DNA from: Eledone cirrhosa | Taxonomy: Eukaryota | Assembly: GCA_964016885.1 (NCBI GenBank) | Contig: OZ024741.1 | Span: 100,316,001 to 100,380,000 of the forward strand | Direction: 5' to 3' | Length of the DNA stretch: 64,000 nucleotides | The notes under the pieces: generated by a model | Seen by the model: only the letters and a program-made list of their open reading frames with translations | The model's database searches: none | Told to the model about the DNA's origin: nothing | Shown: positions 25,639 to 37,320 of the stretch, piece after piece | Position numbering within the stretch: position 1 is the stretch's first letter | Layout: each line of letters opens with the position of its first letter | Program-made: the position numbers and the translations under genes

Positions 25639-28600
25639 GTGTGTTATGTTGTAGTATTTTACATAGGTGGTGCTTTATGTCCTAATGTGTTATGTTGTAG
25701 TGTTTAACATAGGTGGTGCTTTATGTCCTAGTGTGTTATGTTGTAGTGTTTTACATAGGTGGTGCTTTATGTCCTAGTGTGTTATGTTGTAGTGTTTTTC
25801 ATAGGTGGTGCTTTATGTCCTAATGTGTTATGTTGTAGTGTTTTACATAGGTGGTGCTTTGTGTCCTAGTGTGTTATGTTGTAGTGTTTACATAGGTGGT
25901 GCTTTATGTCCTAGTGTGTTATGTTGTAGTATTTTACATAGGTGGTGCTTTATGTCCTAGTGTGTTATATTGTAGTGTTTACATAGGTGGTGCTTTATGA
26001 CCTAGTGTGTTATGTTGTAGTATTTTACATAGGTGGTGCTTTATGTCCTAGTGTGTTATGTTGTAGTATTTTACATAGGTTGTGCTTTATGTCCTAGTGT
26101 GTCATGTTGTAGTATTTTACATAGGGGTGCTTTATGTCCTAGTGTGTTATGTTGTAGTGTTTTACATAGGTAGTGCTTTATGTCCTAGTGTGTTATGTTG
26201 TAGTGTTTTACATAGGTGGTGCTTTATGTCCTAGTGTGTTATGTTGTAGTGTTTTACATAGGTGCTGCTTTATGTCCTAGTGTGTTAAGTTGTAGTGTTT
26301 TAAATAGGTGGTGTTTTATGTCCTAGTGTGTTATGTTGTAGTGTTTTACATAGGTGGTGCTTTATGTCCTAGTGTGTTATGTTGTAGTGTTTTACATAGG
26401 TGGTGCTTTATGTCCTAGTGTGTTATGTTGTAGTGTTTTACATAGGTGGTGCTTTATGTCCTAATGTGTTATGTTGTAGTGTTTTACATAGGTGGTGCTT
26501 TATGTCCTAGTGTGTTATGTTGTAGTAGTTTACATAGGTTGTGCTTTATGTCCTAGTGTGTTATGTTGTAATATTTTACATAGGGGGTGCTTTATGTCCT
26601 AGTGTGTTATGTTGTAGTGTTTTACATAGGTGGTGCTTTATGTCCTAGTGTGTTATGTTGTAGTGTTTTACATAGGTGGTGCTTTATGTCCTAATGTGTT
26701 ATGTTGTAGTGTTTTACATAGATGGTGCTTTATCTCCTAGTGTGTTATGTTGTAGTATTTTACATAGGTTGTGCTTTATGTCCTAGTGTGTTATGTTGTA
26801 GTATTTTACATAGGGGGTGCTTTATATCCTAGTGTGTTATTTTGTAGTGTTTTACATAGGTAGTGCTTTATGTCCTAGTGTGTTATGTTGTAGTGTTTTA
26901 CATAGGTGGTGCTTTATGTCCTAGTGTGTTATGTTGTAGTGTTTTACATAGGTGGTGCTTTATGTCCTAATGTGTTATGTTGTAGTGTTTTACATAGGTG
27001 GTTCTTTATGTCCTAGTGTGTTATGTTGTAGTATTTTACATAGGTGGTGCTTTATGTCTTAGTGTGTTATGTTGTAGTGTTTTATATAGGTGGTGCTTTA
27101 TGTCCTAGTGTGTTATGTTGTAGTGTTTTACATAGGTAGTGCTTTATGTCCTAGTGTGTTATGTTGTAGTATCTTACATAGGTGGTGCTTAATGTCCTAG
27201 TGTGTTATATTGTAGTATTTTACATAGGTTGTGCTTTATCTCCCAGTGTGTTATGTTGTAGTGTTTTACATAGGTGGTGCTTTATGTCCTAGTGTGTTAT
27301 GTTGTAGTGTTTTACATAGGTGGTGCTTTATGTCCTAGTGTGTTATGTTCTAGTATTTTACATAGGTGGTGCTGTATGCCCTAGTGTGTTATGTTCTAGT
27401 ATTTTACATAGGTGGTGCTTTATGTCCTAGTGTGTTATGTTGTAGTATTTTACATAGGTGGTGCTTTATGTCCTAATGTGTTATGTTGTAGTGTTTAACA
27501 TAGGTGGTGCTTTATGTCCTAGTGTGTTATGTTGTAGTGTTTTACATAGGTGGTGCTTTATGTCCTAGTGTGTTATGTTGTAGTGTTTTTCATAGGTGGT
27601 GCTTTATGTCCTAATGTGTTATGTTGTAGTGTTTTACATAGGTGGTGCTTTGTGTCCTAGTGTGTTATGTTGTAGTGTTTACATAGGTGGTGCTTTATGT
27701 CCTAGTGTGTTATGTTGTAGTATTTTACATAGGTGGTGCTTTATGTTCTAGTGTGTTATATTGTAGTGTTTACATAGGTGGTGCTTTATGACCTAGTGTG
27801 TTATGTTGTAGTATTTTACATAGGTGGTGCTTTATGTCCTAGTGTGTTATGTTGTAGTATTTTACATAGGTGGTGCTTTATGTCCTAGTGTGTTATGTTG
27901 TAGTAATTTACATAGGTGGTGCTTTATGTCCTAGTGTGTTATGTTGTAGTGTTTTACATGGGTGGTGCTTTATGTCCTAGTGTGTTATATTGTAGTGTTT
28001 GACATAGGTGGTGCTTTATGTCCTAGTGTGTTATGTTGTAGTGTTTTACATAGGTGGTGCTTTATGTCCTAGTGTGTTATGTTGTAGTGTTTTACATAGG
28101 TGGTGCTTTATGTCCTAGTGTGTTATGTTGTAGTATTTTACATACGTGGTGCTTTATGTCCTAATGTGTTATGTTGTAGTGTTTAACATAGGTGGTGCTT
28201 TATGTCCTAGTGTGTTATGTTGTAGTGTTTTACATAGGTGGTGCTTTATGTCCTAGTGTGTTATGTTGTAGTGTTTTTCATAGGTGGTGCTTTATGTCCT
28301 AATGTGTTATGTTGTAGTGTTTTACATAGGTGGTGCTTTGTGTCCTAGTGTGTTATGTTGTAGTGTTTACATAGGTGGTGCTTTATGTCCTAGTGTGTTA
28401 TGTTGTAGTATTTTACATAGGTGGTGCTTTATGTCCTAGTGTGTTATATTGTAGTGTTTACATAGGTGGTGCTTTATGACCTAGTGTGTTATGTTGTAGT
28501 ATTTTACATAGGTGGTGCTTTATGTCCTAGTGTGTTATGTTGTAGTATTTTACATAGGTTGTGCTTTATGTCCTAGTGTGTTATGTTGTAGTATTTTACA

Positions 28601-31600
28601 TAGGGGTGCTTTATGTCCTAGTGTGTTATGTTGTAGTGTTTTACATAGGTAGTGCTTTATGTCCTAGTGTGTTATGTTGTAGTGTTTTACATAGGTGGTG
28701 CTTTATGTCCTAGTGTGTTATGTTGTAGTGTTTTACATAGGTGCTGCTTTATGTCCTAGTGTGTTAAGTTGTAGTGTTTTAAATAGGTGGTGTTTTATGT
28801 CCTAGTGTGTTATGTTGTAGTGTTTTACATAGGTGGTGCTTTATGTCCTAGTGTGTTATGTTGTAGTGTTTTACATAGGTGGTGCTTTATGTCCTAGTGT
28901 GTTATGTTGTAGTGTTTTACATAGGTGGTGCTTTATGTCCTAATGTGTTATGTTGTAGTGTTTTACATAGGTGGTGCTTTATGTCCTAGTGTGTTATGTT
29001 GTAGTAGTTTACATAGGTTGTGCTTTATGTCCTAGTGTGTTATGTTGTAATATTTTACATAGGGGGTGCTTTATGTCCTAGTGTGTTATTTTGTAGTGTT
29101 TTACATAGGTAGTGCTTTATGTCCTAGTGTGTTATGTTGTAGTGTTTTACATAGGTGGTGCTTTATGTCCTAGTGTGTTATGTTGTAGTGTTTTTCATAG
29201 GTGGTGCTTTATGTCCTAATGTGTTATGTTGTAGTGTTTTACATAGGTGGTGCTTTATGACCTAGTGTGTTATGTTGTAGTATTTTACATAGGTGGTGTT
29301 TTATGTCCTAGTGTGTTATGTTGTAGTGTTTTACATAGGTGGTGCTTTATGTCCTAGTGTGTTATGTTGTAGTGTTTTACATAGGTGGTGCTTTATGTCC
29401 TAATGTGTTATGTTGTAGTGTTTTACATAGATGGTGCTTTATCTCCTAGTGTGTTATGTTGTAGTATTTTACATAGGTTGTGCTTTATGTCCTAGTGTGT
29501 TATGTTGTAGTATTTTACATAGGGGCTGCTTTATATCCTAGTGTGTTATTTTGTAGTGTTTTACATAGGTAGTGCTTTATGTCCTAGTGTGTTATGTTGT
29601 AGTGTTTTACATAGGTGGTGCTTTATGTCCTAGTGTGTTATGTTGTAGTGTTTTACATAGGTGGTGCTTTATGTCCTAATGTGTTATGTTGTAGTGTTTT
29701 ACATAGGTGGTTCTTTATGTCCTAGTGTGTTATGTTGTAGTATTTTACATAGGTGGTGCTTTATGTCTTAGTGTGTTATGTTGTAGTGTTTTATATAGGT
29801 GGTGCTTTATGTCCTAGTGTGTTATGTTGTAGTGTTTTACATAGGTAGTGCTTTATGTCCTAGTGTGTTATGTTGTAGTATCTTACATAGGTGGTGCTTA
29901 ATGTCCTAGTGTGTTATATTGTAGTATTTTACATAGGTTGTGCTTTATCTCCCAGTGTGTTATGTTGTAGTGTTTTACATAGGTGGTGCTTTATGTCCTA
30001 GTGTGTTATGTTGTAGTGTTTTACATAGGTGGTGCTTTATGTCCTAGTGTGTTATGTTCTAGTATTTTACATAGGTGGTGCTGTATGCCCTAGTGTGTTA
30101 TGTTCTAGTATTTTACATAGGTGGTGCTTTATGTCCTAGTGTGTTATGTTGTAGTATTTTACATAGGTGGTGCTTTATGTCCTAATGTGTTATGTTGTAG
30201 TGTTTAACATAGGTGGTGCTTTATGTCCTAGTGTGTTATGTTGTAGTGTTTTACATAGGTGGTGCTTTATGTCCTAGTGTGTTATGTTGTAGTGTTTTTC
30301 ATAGGTGGTGCTTTATGTCCTAATGTGTTATGTTGTAGTGTTTTACATAGGTGGTGCTTTGTGTCCTAGTGTGTTATGTTGTAGTGTTTACATAGGTGGT
30401 GCTTTATGTCCTAGTGTGTTATGTTGTAGTATTTTACATAGGTGGTGCTTTATGTCCTAGTGTGTTATATTGTAGTGTTTACATAGGTGGTGCTTTATGA
30501 CCTAGTGTGTTATGTTGTAGTATTTTACATAGGTGGTGCTTTATGTCCTAGTGTGTTATGTTGTAGTATTTTACATAGGTGGTGCTTTATGTCCTAGTGT
30601 GTTATGTTGTAGTAATTTACATAGGTGGTGCTTTATGTCCTAGTGTGTTATGTTGTAGTGTTTTACATGGGTGGTGCTTTATGTCCTAGTGTGTTATATT
30701 GTAGTGTTTGACATAGGTGGTGCTTTATGTCCTAGTGTGTTATGTTGTAGTGTTTTACATAGGTGGTGCTTTATGTCCTAGTGTGTTATGTTGTAGTGTT
30801 TTACATAGGTGGTGCTTTATGTCCTTGTGTGTTATGTTGTAGTGTTTTACATAGGTGGTTCTTTATGTCCTAGTGTGTTATGTTGTAGTATTTTACATAG
30901 GTGGTGCTTTATGTCCTAGTGTGTTATGTTGTAGTGTTTTACATAGGTGGTGCTTTATGTCCTAGTGTGTTATGTTGTAGTGTTTTACATAGGTAGTGCT
31001 TTATGTCCTAGTGTGTTATGTTGTAGTATCTTACATAGGTGGTGCTTAATGTCCTAGTGTGTTATGTTGTAGTGTTTTACATAGGTGGTGCTTTATGTCC
31101 TAGTGTGTTATGTTGTAGTATTTTACATAGGTGGTGTTTTATGTCCTAGTGTGTTATGTTGTAGTGTTTTACATAGGTGGTGCTTTATGTCCTAGTGTGT
31201 TATGTTGTAGTGTTTTACATAGGTGGTTCTTTATGTCCTAGTGTGTTATGTTGTAGTATTTTACATAGGTGGTGCATTATGTCCTAGTGTGTTATGTTGT
31301 AGTGTTTTACATAGGTGGTGCTTTATGTCCTAATGTGTTATGTTGTAGTGTTTTACATAGGTGGTGCTTTATGACCTAGTGTGTTATGTTGTAGTATTTT
31401 ACATAGGTGGTGTTTTATGTCCTAATGTGTTATGTTGTAGTGTTTTACATAGGTGGTGCTTTATGTCCTAATGTGTTATGGTGTAGTGTTTTACATAGGT
31501 GGTGCTTTATGACCTAGTGTGTTATGTTGTAGTATTTTACATAGGTGGTGTTTTATGTCCTAGTGTGTTATGTTGTAGTGTTTTACATAGGTGGTGCTTT

Positions 31601-33569
31601 ATGTCCTAGTGTGTTATGTTGTAGTGTTTTACATAGGTGGTGCTTTATGTACTAATGTGTTATGTTGTAGTGTTTTACATAGATGGTCCTTTATCTCCTA
31701 GTGTGTTATGTTGTAGTATTTTACATAGGTTGTGCTTTATGTCCTAGTGTGTTATGTTGTAGTATTTTACATAGGGGGTGCTTTATATCCTAGTGTGTTA
31801 TTTTGTAGTGTTTTACATAGGTAGTGCTTTATGTCCTAGTGTGTTATGTTGTAGTGTTTTACATAGGTGGTGCTTTATGTCCTAGTGTGTTATGTTGTAG
31901 TGTTTTACATAGGTGGTGCTTTATGTCCTAGTGTGTTATGTTGTAGTGTTTTACATAGGTGGTTCTTTATGTCCTAGTGTGTTATGTTGTAGTATTTTAC
32001 ATAGGTGGTGCTTTATGTCTTAGTGTGTTATGTTGTAGTGTTTTATATAGGTGGTGCTTTATGTCCTAGTGTGTTATGTTGTAGTGTTTTACATAGGTAG
32101 TGCTTTATGTCCTAGTGTGTTATGTTGTAGTATCTTACATAGGTGGTGCTTAATGTCCTAGTGTGTTATATTGTAGTATTTTACATAGGTTGTGCTTTAT
32201 CTCCTAGTTTGTTATGTTGTAGTGTTTTACATAGGTGGTGCTTTATGTCCTAGTGTGTTATGTTGTAGTGTTTTACATAGGTGGTGCTTTATGTCCTAGT
32301 GTGTTATGTTCTAGTATTTTACATAGGTGGTGCTGTATGCCCTAGTGTGTTATGTTCTAGTATTTTACATAGGTGGTGCTTTATGTCCTAGTGTGTTATG
32401 TTGTAGTATTTTACATAGGTGGTGCTTTATGTCCTAATGTGTTATGTTGTAGTGTTTAACATAGGTGGTGCTTTATGTCCTAGTGTGTTATGTTGTAGTG
32501 TTTTACATAGGTGGTGCTTTATGTCCTAGTGTGTTATGTTGTAGTGTTTTACATAGGTGGTGCTTTATGTCCTAATGTGTTATGTTGTAGTATTTTACAT
32601 AGGTGGTGCTTTGTGTATTCTAGTGTGTTATGTTGTAGTGTTTTCATAGGTGGTGCTTTATGTCCTAGTGTGTTATGTTGTAGTATTTTGCATAGGTGGT
32701 GCTTTATGACCTAGTGTGTTATATTGTAGTGTTTACATAGGTGGTGCTTTATGACCTAGTGTGTTATGTTGTAGTATTTTACATAGGTGGTGCTTTATGT
32801 CCTAGTGTGTTATGTTGTAGTATTTTACATAGGTGGTGCTTTATGTCCTAGTGTGTTATGTTGTAGTAATTTACATAGGTGGTGCTTTATGTCCTAGTGT
32901 GTTATGTTGTAGTGTTTTACATGGGTGGTGCTTTATGTCCTAGTGTGTTATATTGTAGTGTTTGACATAGGTGGTGCTTTATGTCCTAGTGTGTTATGTT
33001 GTAGTGTTTTACATAGGTGGTGCTTTATGTCCTAGTGTGTTATGTTGTAGTGTTTTACATAGGTGGTCCTTTATGTCCTAGTGTGTTATGTTGTAGTATT
33101 TTACATAGGTGGTGCTTTATGTCCTAGTGTGTTATGTTGTAGTGTTTTACATAGGTGGTGCTTTATGTCCTAGTGTGTTATGTTGTAGTGTTTTACATAG
33201 GTAGTGCTTTATGTCCTAGTGTGTTATGTTGTAGTATCTTACATAGGTGGTGCTTAATGTCCTAGTGTGTTATGTTGTAGTGTTTTACATAGGTGGTGTT
33301 TTATGTCCTAGTGTGTTATGTTGTAGTGTTTTACATAGGGGGTGTTTTATGTCCTAGTGTGTTATGTTGTAGTGTTTTACATAGGTGGTTCTTTATGTCC
33401 TAGTGTGTTATGTTGTAGTATTTTACATAGGTGGTGCATTATGTCCTAGTGTGTTATGTTGTAGTGTTTTACATAGGTGGTGCTTTATGTCCTAATGTGT
33501 TATGTTGTAGTGTTTTACATAGGTGGTGCTTTATGACCTAGTGTGTTATGTTGTAGTATTTTACATAGG

Positions 33570-36500
33570 TGGTGTTTTATGTCCTAGTGTGTTATGTTGT
33601 AGTGTTTTACATAGGTGGTGCTTTATGTCCTAGTGTGTTATGTTGTAGTGTTTTACATAGGTGGTGCTTTATGTCCTAATGTGTTATGTTGTAGTGTTTT
33701 ACATAGATGGTGCTTTATCTCCTAGTGTGTTATGTTGTAGTATTTTACATAGGTTGTGCTTTATGTCCTAGTGTGTTATGTTGTAGTATTTTACATAGGG
33801 GGTGCTTTATATCCTAGTGTGTTATTTTGTAGTGTTTTACATAGGTAGTGCTTTATGTCCTAGTGTGTTATGTTGTAGTGTTTGACATAGGTGGTGCTTT
33901 ATGTCCTAGTGTGTTATGTTGTAGTGTTTTACATAGGTGGTGCTTTATGTCCTAGTGTGTTATGTTCTAGTATTTTATATAGGTGGTGCTGTATGCCCTA
34001 GTGTGTTATGTTCTAGTATTTTACATAGGTGGTGCTTTATGTCCTAGTGTGTTATGTTGTAGTATTTTACATAGGTGGTGCTTTATGTCCTAATGTGTTA
34101 TGTTGTAGTGTTTAACATAGGTGGTGCTTTATGTCCTAGTGTGTTATGTTGTAGTGTTTTACATAGGTGGTGCTTTATGTCCTAGTGTGTTATGTTCTAG
34201 TGTTTTTCATAGGTGGTGCTTTATGTCCTAATGTGTTATGTTGTAGTGTTTTACATAGGTCGTGCCTTGTGTCCTAGTGTGTTATGTTGTAGTGTTTACA
34301 TAGGTGGTGCTTTATGTCCTAGTGTGTTATGTTGTAGTATTTTACATAGGTGGTGCTTTATGTCCTAGTGTGTTATATTGTAGTCTTTACATAGGTGGTG
34401 CTTTATGACCTAGTGTGTTATGTTGTAGTATTTTACATAGGTGGTGCTTTATGTCCTAGTGTGTTATGTTGTAGTAATTTACATAGGTGGTGCTTTATGT
34501 CCTAGTGTGTTATGTTGTAGTGTTTTACATGGGTGGTGCTTTATGTCCTAGTGTGTTATATTGTAGTGTTTGACATAGGTGGTGCTTTAAGTCCTAGTGT
34601 GTTATGTTGTAGTGTTTTACATAGGTGGTGCTTTATGTCCTAGTGTGTTATGTTGTAGTGTTTTACATAGGTGGTGCTTTATGTCCTAGTGTGTTATGTT
34701 GTAGTGTTTTACATAGGTGGTTCTTTATGTCCTAGTGTGTTATGTTGTAGTATTTTACATAGGTGGTGCTTTATGTCCTAGTGTGTTATGTTGTAGTGTT
34801 TTACATAGGTGGTGCTTTATGTCCTAGTGTGTTATGTTGTAGTGTTTTACATAGGTGGTGCTTTATGTCCTAGTGTGTTATGTTGTAGTGTTTTACATAG
34901 GTTGTGCTTTATCTCCTAGTGTGTTATGCTGTAGTGTTTTACGTAGGTGGTGCTTTATGACCTAGTGTGTTATGTTGTAGTATTTTACATAGGTGGTGTT
35001 TTATGTCCTAGTGTGTTATGTTGTAGTGTTTTACATAGGTGGTGCTTTATGTCCTAGTGTGTTATGTTGTAGTGTTTTACATAGGTGGTTCTTTATGTCC
35101 TAGTGTGTTATGTTGTAGTATTTTACATAGGTGGTGCATTATGTCCTAGTGTGTTATGTTGTAGTGTTTTACATAGGTGGTGCTTTATGTCCTAGTGTGT
35201 TATGTTGTAGTGTTTTACATAGGTGGTGCTTTATGTCCTAGTGTGTTATGTTTTAGTGTTTTACATAGGTGGTGCTTTATGTCCTAATGTGTTATGTTGT
35301 AGTGTTTTACATAGGTGGTGCTTTATGTCCTAGTGTGTTATGTTGTAGTATTTTACATAGGTTGTGCTTTATGTCCTAGTGTGTTATGTTGTAGTATTTT
35401 ACATAGGGGGTGCTTTATGTCCTAGTGTGTTATTTTGTAGTGTTTTACATAGGTAGTGCTTTATGTCCTAGTGTGTTATGTTGTAGTGTTTTACATAGGT
35501 GGTGCTTTATGTCCTAGTGTGTTATGTTGTAGTGTTTTACATAGGTGGTGCTTTATGTCCTAGTGTGTTATGTTGTAGTGTTTTACATAGGTGGTTCTTT
35601 ATGTCCTAGTGTGTTATGTTGTAGTATTTTACATAGGTGGTGCTTTATGTCTTAGTGTGTTATGTTGTAGTGTTTTACATAGGTGGTGCTTTATGTCCTA
35701 GTGTGTTATGTTGTAGTGTTTTACATAGGTAGTGTAATATGTCCTACTGTGTTATGTTGTAGTATTTTACATAGGTGGTGCTTTATGTCCTAGTGTGTTA
35801 TGTTGTAGTGTTTTACATAGGTAGTGCTTTATGTCCTAGTGTGTTATGTTGTAGTGTTTTAAATAGGTGGTGTTTTATGTCCTAGTGTGTTATGTTGTAG
35901 TGTTTTACATAGGTGGTGCTTTATGTCCTAGTGTGTTATGTTGTAGTGTTTTACATAGGTGGTGCTTTATGTCCTAGTGTGTTATGTTGTAGTGTTTTAC
36001 ATAGGTGGTGCTTTATGTCCTAGTGTGTTATGTTGTAGTGTTTTACATAGGTGGTGTTTTATGTCCTAGTGTGTTATGTTGTAGTGTTTTACATAGGTGG
36101 TGCTTTATGTCCTAGTGTGTTATGTTGTAGTGTTTTACATAGGTGGTGCTTTATGTCCTAATGTGTTATGTTGTAGTGTTTTACATAGATGGTGCTTTAT
36201 CTCCTAGTGTGTTATGTTGTAGTATTTTACATAGGTTGTGCTTTATGTCCTAGTGTGTTATGTTGTAGTATTTTACATAGGGGGTGCTTTATATCCTAGT
36301 GTGTTATTTTGTAGTGTTTTACATAGGTAGTGCTTTATGTCCTAGTGTGTTATGTTGTAGTGTTTGACATAGGTGGTGCTTTATGTCCTAGTGTGTTATG
36401 TTGTAGTGTTTTACATAGGTGGTGCTTTATGTCCTAGTGTGTTATGTTCTAGTATTTTATATAGGTGGTGCTGTATGCCCTAGTGTGTTATGTTCTAGTA

Positions 36501-37320
36501 TTTTACATAGGTGGTGCTTTATGTCCTAGTGTGTTATGTTGTAGTATTTTACATAGGTGGTGCTTTATTTCCTAATGTGTTATGTTGTAGTGTTTAACAT
36601 AGGTGGTGCTTTATGTCCTAGTGTGTTATGTTGTAGTGTTTTACATAGGTGGTGCTTTATGTCCTAGTGTGTTATGTTGTAGTGTTTTTCATAGGTGGTG
36701 CTTTATGTCCTAATGTGTTATTTTGTAGTGTTTTACATAGGTCGTGCTTTGTGTCCTAGTGTGTTATGTTGTAGTGTTTACATAGGTGGTGCTTTATGTC
36801 CTAGTGTGTTATGTTGTAGTATTTTACATAGGTGGTGCGTTATGTCCTAGTGTGTTATATTGTAGTCTTTACATAGGTGGTGCTTTATGACCTAGTGTGT
36901 TATGTTGTAGTGTTTTACATAGGTGGTGCTTTATGTCCTAGTGTGTTATGTTGTAGTAATTTACATAGGTGGTGCTTTATGTCCTAGTGTGTTATGTTGT
37001 AGTGTTTTACATGGGTGGTGCTTTATGTCCTAGTGTGTTATATTGTAGTGTTTGACATAGGTGTTGCTTTAAGTCCTAGTGTGTTATATTGTAGTGTTGT
37101 ACATAGGTGGTGCTTTATGTCCTAGTGTGTTATGTTGTAGTGTTTTACATAGGTGGTGCTTTATGTCCTAGTGTGTTATGTTGTAGTGTTTTACATAGGT
37201 GGTTCTTTATGTCCTAGTGTGTTATGTTGTAGTATTTTACATAGGTGGTGCTTTATGTCCTAGTGTGTTATGTTGTAGTGTTTTACATAGGTGGTGCTTT
37301 ATGTCCTAGTGTGTTATGTT
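33570..37320. repeat. Older, more diverged duplication at 2482-bp offset (54 monomers minus 2 bp)
   Basis: ggtCgtg 34261/36743 and tttAAg 34589/37071 are shared. The copies differ at several private sites (e.g. 36569, 36722, 36839, 37064, 37099). Confidence 0.8.

Noticed and set aside
32511-32714. 67-aa Cys/Val-rich ORF from the ORF track
   Set aside because: It is the satellite translation (VVLYVLVCYVVVFYIGGALCPSVLCCSVLHRWCFMS*), normally about 36 codons between stops. It is extended only because indels in the monomer at 32598-32644 skip the TAG codons. It starts at GTG and has no gene context.
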